A stretch of 64,000 nucleotides of DNA from an uncultured Candidatus Saccharibacteria bacterium (GTDB lineage Bacteria; Patescibacteriota; Saccharimonadia; Saccharimonadales; JAGQNJ01): positions 1,288 through 65,287 of the forward strand of contig CAZRSX010000003.1 of the NCBI GenBank assembly GCA_964602865.1. Reading direction: 5' to 3'. Under the pieces are notes generated by a model. It did no database searches and had not been told where the DNA came from. It saw only the letters and a program-made list of their open reading frames with translations. Made by a program: the position numbers and the translations under genes. This document shows positions 15,575-23,621 of this stretch, piece after piece (position 1 is the first letter of the stretch; each line of letters opens with the position of its first letter).

Positions 15575-18130
15575 ATGAGTAAAACAGCCAAACGATTATA
15601 TGAAGGCTTCCAGCCGGAGCACTATGATGTGTCGTTTACGTTCGACACCGCTGCTATGACATTTTCTGGTACGGTTGTTATCAAAGGCAAAAAAGTCGGA
15701 CGGCCATCCAAAAGAATCACCTTGCATCAACGTGCCCTAGACGTCACCAAAGCTCATATCACCAAGCACGACAAGAAAGGCGACACTGCTATCACGCCCT
15801 CTCGCCTGAACCAACACCACAAACTCGAAGAGGTCCGTATCCACGCCGACTCACTGCTCTACCCGGGCAACTATACGATCGCTGTCGATTTTCAAGGCGC
15901 CATCACCGATGCGATGGTCGGCATCTACCCCTGCTACTTCGAGCATAAGGGCCAAAAGAAATTCCTCATCGCGACGCAGTTTGAGAGCCACCACGCCCGC
16001 GCCGCTTTCCCCTGCATTGACGAGCCTGAAGCCAAAGCTACTTTCACACTCACGCTGCAGACGCCAAAAGATGACGTCGTGCTGTCGAACACCAATCCTG
16101 AAAGCGAAAAAGTATCCGATGCAATCAAAACGACAACCTTTGCGCGCTCGCCACGCATGTCGACGTATTTACTGGCGTTTGTCTTTGGCGACATGCACTC
16201 GGTCGAAGCAAAAACCAAAGACGGCACGCTGGTGCGCTCATGGGCCAGCGTGGCGCAGCCTAAAAAACTGCTCCAGTATTCGGTTGACGAAGCCGTCAAG
16301 GTGCTTGGCTTTTTTAGCGAGTATTTTCAAACGCCGTACCCGCTCGAAAAATGCGACCAAGTTGCCTTGCCGGATTTTGACGCCGGCGCTATGGAAAACT
16401 GGGGCTTGATCACCTACCGCGAAGTTGCCCTTTTGGCTGATCCAGATAACCGTTCCATCACCAGCGAACAGTATGTTTCGTTAGTTGTCGCACACGAGTT
16501 ATCACATCAGTGGTTTGGCAATTTGGTTACCATGAAATGGTGGGATGACCTCTGGCTGAATGAAAGTTTTGCCAGCATTATGGAGCACGTCGCGCTCAAT
16601 AACCTGCACCCGGACTGGCAACAATGGGAAACCTACGCCAGTAGTGATGTTCTGGCAGCCACCTCGCGCGATATCTACAAAGACATCCAGCCGGTCGGTG
16701 TTGAAGTAACTGATCCGGAAATTATCGAAACCTTGTTCGACCCCGGCATTGTCTACGCCAAAGGCGGCCGCCTCATAAAAATGCTGCGCGAGTACATTGG
16801 TGACGATGCCTTCCGCAAGGGTCTCAAAACCTACTTTGAAGCATTCGCCTACAAAAACGCTACCCGTGATGATCTCTGGCGGCACCTGGGAAAAGCCAGC
16901 GGCAAAGATATTCACGGGCTCATGACACCATGGCTGACTCAACCCGGTATGCCGCTCCTGTCGGTGGCGCGATCAGGCGACATGGTCACGCTCACCCAGG
17001 AACGCTACGTGCTTGATGGCGGCAACGACGACACGCGCTGGCCAATCCCATTACTGGCCGGGCGATCTGTCGAGCCAGAAATTATTACTGAAGCATCGAC
17101 CACGCTACAGCAAAAAAACTTCGTACGCTTCAATCAAAACGCCAGCGGCCACTATTTAGTGCGCTACCAGGACAAAGCTGCCCAGACCAAACTACAAGAA
17201 GCTTTTAGCACACAAACCATGCCGGCCGAGGCCCGTATTGATCTGGTTAATACGCTGTACATGCTGGCTCGCCGCGGTGATACGCCGTTAACTGATGCGC
17301 TGCGGCTCATCAGTCAGGCCGAGAACGAGCCGCGTGATAGTGTCTGGTCGCTCATACTGCGTACACTCGGTGCCGCAACCCAACTGACCGAGGGCGACAA
17401 AACTGCCGAAACAGCCCTCAAACACCTCAAAGTTGGGCTCGCCACCAAACAATACCAAAAACTCGGCTGGGACGACGATGCGGCTGACGACCCGAACACC
17501 AAGCAACTGCGCCACACCATGATTGCACTCATGGTGGGTGGCGAGAACCAGCAAGCTATTCAAGAAGCGCTGACACGCTACCAACCAGATACGCTTGAGG
17601 ACATCTCAGCGGAACTTCGCAGTACCATTCTTGGCGCAGCAGTTCGTTTTGGCGACGCCGAGGCTATCGACACGCTGCTGGCTGCCTATCCAAAGGCCTC
17701 GGCAGAACTGCAGCTCGATATCACCTCAGCTGTACTCAGCACGCGTCAGCCTGCCCAAGGCCAAAAGATTCTCGCGACAGCCCTGGGTAAAAGCGGCTTC
17801 GTTCGGCCACAAGACGTCATGCGCTGGCTGGCAATCAGCCTTCGCAACCACCACATTCGCGATGTCGCCTGGCAATTTATGGAAGACAACTGGGCATGGG
17901 TAGAGCAAACTATTGGCCAAGGCAAATCATTTGACTATGTGCCCACCTACGCGGCGGCAGTTATCAGCACACCGGACTGGCAAAAAAAGTACACGCTGTT
18001 TTTCGAACCAAAACTCGAACAGAAGATTCTACGGCACAATATCATTCTGGGACTCGCCGATATCAAAGCTCGTGTGGCTTGGCGTGGTCGCGACGAAGCC
18101 GCCATCAAAACCTGGCTCAAGAGCCTATAA
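15575..18130 (+). CDS. pepN: M1-family aminopeptidase N
   Basis: ORF track starts at a GTG at 15479. I prefer the ATG at 15575 (MSKTAKRLYEG...) with TGGTAGAAT 8 nt upstream. GAMENWG exopeptidase motif and HELSHQWFGN...WLNESFA zinc site. Confidence 0.88.
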   Translation: MSKTAKRLYEGFQPEHYDVSFTFDTAAMTFSGTVVIKGKKVGRPSKRITLHQRALDVTKAHITKHDKKGDTAITPSRLNQHHKLEEVRIHADSLLYPGNYTIAVDFQGAITDAMVGIYPCYFEHKGQKKFLIATQFESHHARAAFPCIDEPEAKATFTLTLQTPKDDVVLSNTNPESEKVSDAIKTTTFARSPRMSTYLLAFVFGDMHSVEAKTKDGTLVRSWASVAQPKKLLQYSVDEAVKVLGFFSEYFQTPYPLEKCDQVALPDFDAGAMENWGLITYREVALLADPDNRSITSEQYVSLVVAHELSHQWFGNLVTMKWWDDLWLNESFASIMEHVALNNLHPDWQQWETYASSDVLAATSRDIYKDIQPVGVEVTDPEIIETLFDPGIVYAKGGRLIKMLREYIGDDAFRKGLKTYFEAFAYKNATRDDLWRHLGKASGKDIHGLMTPWLTQPGMPLLSVARSGDMVTLTQERYVLDGGNDDTRWPIPLLAGRSVEPEIITEASTTLQQKNFVRFNQNASGHYLVRYQDKAAQTKLQEAFSTQTMPAEARIDLVNTLYMLARRGDTPLTDALRLISQAENEPRDSVWSLILRTLGAATQLTEGDKTAETALKHLKVGLATKQYQKLGWDDDAADDPNTKQLRHTMIALMVGGENQQAIQEALTRYQPDTLEDISAELRSTILGAAVRFGDAEAIDTLLAAYPKASAELQLDITSAVLSTRQPAQGQKILATALGKSGFVRPQDVMRWLAISLRNHHIRDVAWQFMEDNWAWVEQTIGQGKSFDYVPTYAAAVISTPDWQKKYTLFFEPKLEQKILRHNIILGLADIKARVAWRGRDEAAIKTWLKSL

Positions 18131-19358
18131 ATTCCGGGTTAATCTCCAGCACCGGCTCGACTTCTTGGTTCATCAAAAAACCGCCAAAAGATTGTACCGT
18201 GCGATAGGTGCCATACGATATACCATTTTCGCACTCATCGTTCGTGCCCGGCACAATCATATCAATATAGGCTTCTCGAGTGCCGGCTATACCGGCCCCA
18301 TACACCCCGATTGGCGCGTCGCACCAATGCCATTGCGGCTTGGAAGTATCATTATAATTATTGATTGAGGCTGTGCTCATACCCACAACCGCACCATGCT
18401 GGTCGACCACCACGCCGCCGCTAGCGCCGAAACGAATCTCGTCTTCTTCCTGGCCGGGTATCACGTCACCAATGACAGTCCCAAACAGCGGATCGATGCT
18501 GCTTGGACCGGTATAAATCACCTGGTAGATAGCCGGATTGCCTGTTTCGTGATTATCCTGAAAGTTCATCAGCAAAAGCGGCTCTCCAATCCTCAGCGGA
18601 AACGCTGCTTGATCGCGTACCGGCAACGCCCGATCCGAAAAATCGGCTTGATAACATACCTCTACTTTAGCAACGTCTTCGCTCAGACGGGCTTTTTCTT
18701 CGATGCTCAAACCTTCTTGTTTCCACGGATCATTAAAGGCGTAGGTGTAATAATCAAACTCTAGCGGTGTACCGTCATTGAGCTCGATCACAAGATCTTC
18801 TGGTGCAACCTCGTCCAATACGTGGCCGGCAGTCATCAGTTGCGGCGAGCCGGTCGGCGTCCGCACCAAAAACCCTGACCCCAGGCTAAACGTTTCATCT
18901 TCACTGCTTCGCGCTTGCAGATGGGCGACGGCTGAGCTGACATGTTTAATTACTTCTGGCGTCGGCGGTGCAATTGCTTCCGGTTGTAGTTCAATAACCG
19001 TATCGAGCAGCGTATTCGTCAGAAGCAGCTCGCCTGGCTGCTTCACCACCACCGGCAAACCTTCAAAATACTGCGCTAAACTCTCGCTCAGAGCCTCATT
19101 TGTCAGTATCGGCACGGCGTGGCTTGTTATAGAATCCCCAGTAGGCCCATCATAAAAATGCCCGTTTTCACCATACAGACCCTCAGGCCACTCTTGGCAA
19201 ATAGGATTGTCTGCACTTCTTGGCTCCACCATTTCCAGTGGTGTTGTCTCCCTGTTATACCCCTGTTCAGCCTCTGGCGAGCCACCAGAAGCACAGCTGG
19301 CCAGCAAACTGGCCGTAACAAGGGCGGGGGCAACGATTCCACCTCGGTGACGTATCAT
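18117..19358 (-). CDS. secreted trypsin-like (S1/chymotrypsin-fold) serine protease lipoprotein
   Basis: ORF track starts at a GTG at 19379. The ATG at 19358 gives MIRHRGGIVAPALVTASLLASC, a signal peptide with lipobox LLAS|C. TGGTATAAT lies 9 nt upstream. Catalytic-type motifs TAGHVLDE (His) and GASGGVVVD (Ser). Confidence 0.75.
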   Translation of the reverse strand: MIRHRGGIVAPALVTASLLASCASGGSPEAEQGYNRETTPLEMVEPRSADNPICQEWPEGLYGENGHFYDGPTGDSITSHAVPILTNEALSESLAQYFEGLPVVVKQPGELLLTNTLLDTVIELQPEAIAPPTPEVIKHVSSAVAHLQARSSEDETFSLGSGFLVRTPTGSPQLMTAGHVLDEVAPEDLVIELNDGTPLEFDYYTYAFNDPWKQEGLSIEEKARLSEDVAKVEVCYQADFSDRALPVRDQAAFPLRIGEPLLLMNFQDNHETGNPAIYQVIYTGPSSIDPLFGTVIGDVIPGQEEDEIRFGASGGVVVDQHGAVVGMSTASINNYNDTSKPQWHWCDAPIGVYGAGIAGTREAYIDMIVPGTNDECENGISYGTYRTVQSFGGFLMNQEVEPVLEINPEFIGS

Positions 19359-19367
19359 TATCTTCTT

Positions 19368-19376
19368 ATTATACCA
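19368..19376 (-). promoter_or_regulatory. extended -10 TGGTATAAT, 9 nt upstream of the protease ATG at 19358
   Basis: Minus strand: GTGTGGTATAAT-AAGAAGATA-ATG. Confidence 0.55.
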
Positions 19377-19382
19377 CACATG

Positions 19383-19721
19383 TCAAATTATTTCAATATG
19401 CTCGCTGATTTCCAGCGCTGGCCCTGCTACTTCAATAGCCGACAAATAGTAATCGCCTGGCCAGTCGTGAGTATGTACCCAAAACTCGGCCGCAAATTTC
19501 ATTTGCTTGAGCTTTTTGGGCGTGATGTATTCCAAGCCACTGCCCCAGGTACTGTCAGCCCGATATTTTACCTCTACAAAGTAGATGCACTTGGCCTTCT
19601 CGGCTACGATGTCAATCTCGCACCAGCGCGTTCGCCAATTCTGCTGCAGGATTTTGAAGCCTTTGCTGCTGAGATATTCGGCTGCCGCGTTCTCCGCCGC
19701 CCGGCCTGTGCTCGTCGTCAT
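19383..19721 (-). CDS. yraN: YraN-family (UPF0102) endonuclease-like protein
   Basis: 112 aa. GRAAENAAAEYLSSKGFKILQQNWR...EIDIVA...FVEVKYR matches the YraN signature. 4-nt ATGA overlap with rnhB, the conserved gene pair. Confidence 0.8.
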   Translation of the reverse strand: MTTSTGRAAENAAAEYLSSKGFKILQQNWRTRWCEIDIVAEKAKCIYFVEVKYRADSTWGSGLEYITPKKLKQMKFAAEFWVHTHDWPGDYYLSAIEVAGPALEISEHIEII

Positions 19722-20275
19722 AAAAAGGCTTGTATTGGTTTATATGATGTTCGGTGCAGTTGGCAGGCGCCAAGTTTTTCGAGTGCAGTGATGTGGGCTT
19801 TGGTGCCGTAGCCGACGTGAGCTTCGAAGCCATACCCGGGGAATGCTGCCGCCAGGCGCGCCATGTGATTATCGCGCGTCACTTTGGCGTAAATACTGGC
19901 TGCGCTGACAATCGGATGCAAACGGTCTGCTTTTATGACGCACTGTACGTTGGTGAACGCGCCATCACAGTAGTTGATGTGCCCGTCCATAATGATGTCA
20001 TCGGTTGTGGTGACTCGCAAAGCACGGAGCGCTCTGGACACGCCCAGTTTCATGGCGGCAGTCAGACCGGCGTGGTCGATTTCGGCTGGCTCTACCCAAC
20101 CTTCGCCGAACTGAAAGTTAGAAGTTAGATTATAAAATATAGCTTCACGTTGCTTCTTCGTAAGCAGTTTTGAGTCAGTAAGTCCGTTTGGTAACGCGCC
20201 CGTTTGCCGGGCAGCGACGACGAGCAAAGGCCCTGCCCAACAGCCTCGCCCAACTTCATCTATCCCAATAAGCAT
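19718..20275 (-). CDS. rnhB: ribonuclease HII
   Basis: 185 aa. IGIDEVGRGCWAGPL active-site motif, DSKLL, and a C-terminal H..GYG region. Confidence 0.9.
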   Translation of the reverse strand: MLIGIDEVGRGCWAGPLLVVAARQTGALPNGLTDSKLLTKKQREAIFYNLTSNFQFGEGWVEPAEIDHAGLTAAMKLGVSRALRALRVTTTDDIIMDGHINYCDGAFTNVQCVIKADRLHPIVSAASIYAKVTRDNHMARLAAAFPGYGFEAHVGYGTKAHITALEKLGACQLHRTSYKPIQAFL

Positions 20276-20284
20276 TACCCTGTT

Positions 20285-20293
20285 AGCATAACA
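20285..20293 (-). promoter_or_regulatory. extended -10 TGTTATGCT, 9 nt upstream of the rnhB ATG
   Basis: Minus strand: GATGTTATGCT-AACAGGGTA-ATG. Confidence 0.35.
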
Positions 20294-20350
20294 TCTTTAG
20301 GCCTTGATATCATTACAATTGTGCCCGTTGCTTTATTTCGTATTTTGATG

Positions 20351-20356
20351 TATAAT
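20351..20356 (+). promoter_or_regulatory. -10 box TATAAT, 7 nt upstream of the ATG at 20364
   Basis: Plus strand: GATGTATAAT-AGTTGTT-ATG. Confidence 0.5.
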
Positions 20357-20363
20357 AGTTGTT

Positions 20364-20774
20364 ATGAGTGAATTTATGAGTCGTCCTGTCCGAAATACCG
20401 TCCTATCGGGCGGACTACTGCTTGCAGCCTTGGGCTGTGGCAACACTACAGAGTCAAATGAGTTCGTACCAACCTCAGCCAGAATAACAACACTGAGCGA
20501 GGAATATAAAGCTGATGGGAGTGTATGGCCAATAATGTGCGAAGGGCCGGCAGATCGTTACGTTGAAGCAACGAACGGCGACACATTACTAACACTGGCA
20601 GCCGAGCACACCATATTCGTACAACCTGCCGCTATTGGCCAGCGAAATATCCCTCTAGAAGTCTACGTACAGGCTGTAGCAGACATGAACGAGCTTGCGG
20701 ACCCGGACACTATCTTTGTCGGTCACGACTACTTTATGCCAACAATCTGCCAACCGCAGACAATAGAGCGATAG
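20364..20774 (+). CDS. hypothetical lipoprotein (possible degenerate LysM-like C-terminus)
   Basis: 136 aa. Signal peptide with lipobox LAALGC. TATAAT lies 7 nt before the ATG. GDTLLTLAAEH ... NELADPDTIFVGHDYFMP loosely resembles LysM. Confidence 0.6.
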   Translation: MSEFMSRPVRNTVLSGGLLLAALGCGNTTESNEFVPTSARITTLSEEYKADGSVWPIMCEGPADRYVEATNGDTLLTLAAEHTIFVQPAAIGQRNIPLEVYVQAVADMNELADPDTIFVGHDYFMPTICQPQTIER

Positions 20775-20785
20775 TTGTTATAGCA

Positions 20786-20813
20786 CAAAAAATCGCTCGT
20801 TATGAGCGGTTTT
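20786..20813. terminator. bidirectional intrinsic terminator between convergent genes
   Basis: AAAAAA-TCGCTC-GTTAT-GAGCGG-TTTT. A 6-bp stem (one G-U pair) flanked by an A-run and a T-run. Lies between the 20774 (+) stop and the rplS (-) stop. Confidence 0.6.
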
Positions 20814-20852
20814 AAATTTCCAGTTTTACCAGCGTACGAGCGAACTAGTTGG

Positions 20853-21383
20853 CTAGGCAGCCTTGTCTGCTTCTTTGTGACGGGCTGCAACTTCGGCAGC
20901 CTTGGCTTCTAGTTTGGCGTCTTCTTCGGCCTTTTTAGCTGCCTCGGCTTCGTGCTTCGCCTCAGCTTGATCGTGCAGTTTTTCTTCTTCGGCTTCGGCC
21001 TTTTCGTCGTGGACTGCGTTGACGGCTTCTTTATCAAAATCGACCCCTGTCATACGGGCAGACTTGCCGGTACGCTTGCGCATATAACTTAGGTAGTTAC
21101 GACGGACTTTGCTTCGTTTGACCACTTCTACTTTGAGCACCAGTGGCGAATGTAGCAGGTATGATTTCTCGACACCGATGCCGCTGGTAACCCGGCGAAC
21201 GGTAATTCGCGCCGTGTGGCTGTTCTTGCGGTCCGTGCGAATAACTAAGCCCTCGAACACCTGGACACGTTCTTTGCTGCCCTCTTTAATTTTCTGGTGT
21301 ACACGAACCGTATCACCAGAGCGGACATCAACCACTGCTGACTTCTTGAAAGAATCGTTTATTTTTTGCATGACTGTTTGCAT
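20853..21383 (-). CDS. rplS: 50S ribosomal protein L19 with ~60-aa Glu/Ala/Lys-rich C-terminal extension
   Basis: Core RSGDTVRVHQKIKEGSKERVQVFEGLVI...GIGVEKSYLLHSPLV...VRRNYLSYMR is canonical L19. The tail AEAEEEKLHDQAEAKHEAEAAKKAEEDAKLEAKAAE is extra. Confidence 0.92.
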   Translation of the reverse strand: MQTVMQKINDSFKKSAVVDVRSGDTVRVHQKIKEGSKERVQVFEGLVIRTDRKNSHTARITVRRVTSGIGVEKSYLLHSPLVLKVEVVKRSKVRRNYLSYMRKRTGKSARMTGVDFDKEAVNAVHDEKAEAEEEKLHDQAEAKHEAEAAKKAEEDAKLEAKAAEVAARHKEADKAA

Positions 21384-21391
21384 AAGACTTT

Positions 21392-21420
21392 ATCCTACAC
21401 GATTTAACAGGTTATTGCAA
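21392..21420 (-). promoter_or_regulatory. rplS promoter: TTGCAA-17-TAGGAT, -10 box 8 nt upstream of the ATG
   Basis: Minus strand: TTGCAA-TAACCTGTTAAATCGTG-TAGGAT-AAAGTCTT-ATG. Confidence 0.55.
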
Positions 21421-21435
21421 TAGCTTTGTTCCCTG

Positions 21436-21696
21436 TTAGTTTATAAATCTGCCAAGTTCCGAATTCCAGATTGCACCGTCTGGGATGTGCCGTTGTGGCA
21501 CCTCAGGAACACTCCGCAAGTGTGGTGTCTCACGACCTGGTCCAAACGGCGGAATGCCCATGTCGGCAGCACGTTTTCGGAGTTTATCCGGATTATAATC
21601 TCCGGCATGCTCCAGCCATTCGGCTCCCAAACTAACAAATTCTTGACCGCTCTTTGGATATTCAGGGCTCGGTAACCCTTCTATGCTATTCGTCAT
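21436..21696 (-). CDS. hypothetical protein (86 aa)
   Basis: ORF with its own TATAAT (21728..21733) and an AAGGAA SD. No recognisable motifs. Confidence 0.5.
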   Translation of the reverse strand: MTNSIEGLPSPEYPKSGQEFVSLGAEWLEHAGDYNPDKLRKRAADMGIPPFGPGRETPHLRSVPEVPQRHIPDGAIWNSELGRFIN

Positions 21697-21727
21697 CTTA
21701 TTCCTTTATTTTTAACAACAGCCCTCA

Positions 21728-21733
21728 ATTATA
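21728..21733 (-). promoter_or_regulatory. -10 box TATAAT for the 86-aa gene (leadered, AAGGAA SD)
   Basis: Minus strand: GCGTATAAT ... AAAGGAATAAG-ATG. Back-to-back with the malic enzyme -10 box. Confidence 0.45.
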
Positions 21734-21739
21734 CGCGAA

Positions 21740-21748
21740 TGGTATGAT
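21740..21748 (+). promoter_or_regulatory. extended -10 TGGTATGAT abutting the malic enzyme start codons (21749 / 21755)
   Basis: Plus strand: AATGGTATGAT-ATGTAC-ATGACA. Confidence 0.5.
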
Positions 21749-22921
21749 ATGTACATGACAAATTTTGGCGACGCAGCACTCAAAAAACACCAGGAGCTTC
21801 GAGGCAAAATCTCACTCCAGCTCAAAGACGATTTAGATAGCAAAGACAAGCTCAGCACCTACTACACGCCAGGGGTCGCAGCCGTATCCTCGCACGTTGC
21901 TAAGCACCCCGAACAAACGCGTGACTACACCTGGACCAACAATAACGTCGCGGTGGTCAGCGACGGTTCGGCCGTGCTCGGCCTGGGCAACATCGGCCCC
22001 GAGGGCGCCCTGCCGGTCATGGAAGGCAAAGCCATGTTGTTCAAACATTTTGCCGATATCGACGCCGTGCCGATTGTGCTTGATGTGCATTCGGCAGACG
22101 AAATTGTCGCGACAGTCAAAGCCCTAGCGCCAAGCTTTGGTGGCATCAACCTCGAAGACATTGCCGCACCACTCTGTTTTGAGGTCGAAGAACGACTCAA
22201 AGCCGAACTGGACATACCCGTCTTTCACGATGACCAACACGGCACCGCGATTGTGGTGCTGGCCGGGCTGCTCAACGCTTGCAAGGTCACAGGACGTGAA
22301 CTCCGCTATTGTCACATCGTCATTATCGGAGCAGGTGCTGCCGGCGTCGCCATTGCTAAGTTATTGCGAACATATGTCGACCGTCTAGCGGTAGACGGCA
22401 AAGGTACTGGCCCGTCTATGTTTGCTTTTGATAGAAAAGGCATCATTCACCATGACCGCGCTAATCTTAATGAATCAAAGAGACGACTGCTGGAGTTTAC
22501 CAATTTGTCCAATAGCAAAGACTCCCTAGAGGAAGTGACGCGTAATGCTGATGTTATTATCGGTGTTTCTGGTCCAAACACCATCGCACCAGACATAATA
22601 AAAAGCATGGCGAAAGATCCGATTATTTTTGCCATGGCCAATCCTGAGCCGGAAATTATGCCCGACAAGGCCAAAGCCGCCGGCGCAGCCATTGTCGCCA
22701 CTGGGCGCAGCGATTTTCCCAACCAAGTCAATAACGCCCTGGCCTTCCCGGGCATTTTCCGTGGGGCGTTGGATAACCGCGTGAGCAAAATTACCGACGA
22801 GCACAAAATCGCTGCCGCCGAAGCTATCGCTGCTTTAGTTGAAAACCCCACGCCTGACGAAATCATCCCAAGCGTCCTCGACCCCCGCCTCGTCCCGGAA
22901 GTCGCCAAGGTGATCAAATAG
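21749..22921 (+). CDS. NAD(P)-dependent malic enzyme (short form)
   Basis: 390 aa. LSTYYTPGVAAVS, DGSAVLGLGNIG, FHDDQHGTA and GAGAAG dinucleotide motifs. The real start may be the second ATG at 21755, because the -10 box TATGAT ends at 21748. Confidence 0.88.
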   Translation: MYMTNFGDAALKKHQELRGKISLQLKDDLDSKDKLSTYYTPGVAAVSSHVAKHPEQTRDYTWTNNNVAVVSDGSAVLGLGNIGPEGALPVMEGKAMLFKHFADIDAVPIVLDVHSADEIVATVKALAPSFGGINLEDIAAPLCFEVEERLKAELDIPVFHDDQHGTAIVVLAGLLNACKVTGRELRYCHIVIIGAGAAGVAIAKLLRTYVDRLAVDGKGTGPSMFAFDRKGIIHHDRANLNESKRRLLEFTNLSNSKDSLEEVTRNADVIIGVSGPNTIAPDIIKSMAKDPIIFAMANPEPEIMPDKAKAAGAAIVATGRSDFPNQVNNALAFPGIFRGALDNRVSKITDEHKIAAAEAIAALVENPTPDEIIPSVLDPRLVPEVAKVIK

Positions 22922-22985
22922 CAACCCAGTAAAATTCTGTAAGCATAACTGGCATCAAATGTCATTTTGGTGTTTTATAGTCTGT

Positions 22986-23381
22986 ATGCCTGAACAAGAA
23001 TATATTAACAACGGTTTTCGTCCAAGCCTCAGCAGGCATATACGGCGTGATCATCCTACTCATCGAGAAATGCTAGATCAACTTGGCATGACAGATCTTG
23101 CAACACCGGCGCCTTCACTTCATCAGCGCAAGGTGGCTTACTGGTCGAGCTCGCCAAATAAGCATGGCGAGATCGGCATTTTAGCGGTTTCAGTACACTG
23201 GCGCGGTGCCATTTCCGAGAGGTCATTGTGGCATTTTGGCTGGACCACGCAGGATGAACTCCTTCAAGCTCCGTCAGAGCCAATTGTCTGCGTTGAGGCA
23301 GCCGAGTATCACACTCCAGGGCCACACTTTGGGCTTCAGGCCTTGTTCAGCGCCGTCGTCCCAGTCCAGGAACAACTCTAA
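22986..23381 (+). CDS. hypothetical protein (weakly supported ORF)
   Basis: ORF track gives 22959..23381. The ATG at 22986 follows TATAGT (22976..22981). No motifs, and an 89-aa ORF overlaps it on the opposite strand. Could be non-coding. Confidence 0.3.
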   Translation: MPEQEYINNGFRPSLSRHIRRDHPTHREMLDQLGMTDLATPAPSLHQRKVAYWSSSPNKHGEIGILAVSVHWRGAISERSLWHFGWTTQDELLQAPSEPIVCVEAAEYHTPGPHFGLQALFSAVVPVQEQL

Positions 23382-23621
23382 TCAAAACTAATATTGGAGC
23401 TTAATCACAAATAACCGCACATGCAAGCACAAGCAGCATAACCCAAGCCCCATAAGTTCGTTCATCCTAGGCTTCCTCTTGACATACTATCTTAAACTTT
23501 GGCCACTACCTATACATGGAAGACAAGTTATATGCACTTGAAAAAGCAAGAAGTGTGATTGCTTCCGTACAAGACCTCACACCAGAACGACACCATTTCC
23601 CTAAAACATAGAGTTTTGGGG

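Noticed and set aside
23382-23621. tRNA, tmRNA, RNase P or SRP RNA in the ORF-free stretch
   Set aside because: No GTTCRANYC T-loop, no CCA-proximal acceptor pairing, and no RNase P GAGGAAAGUCC or tmRNA tag-ORF signatures visible by eye. A covariance-model scan is needed to be sure.
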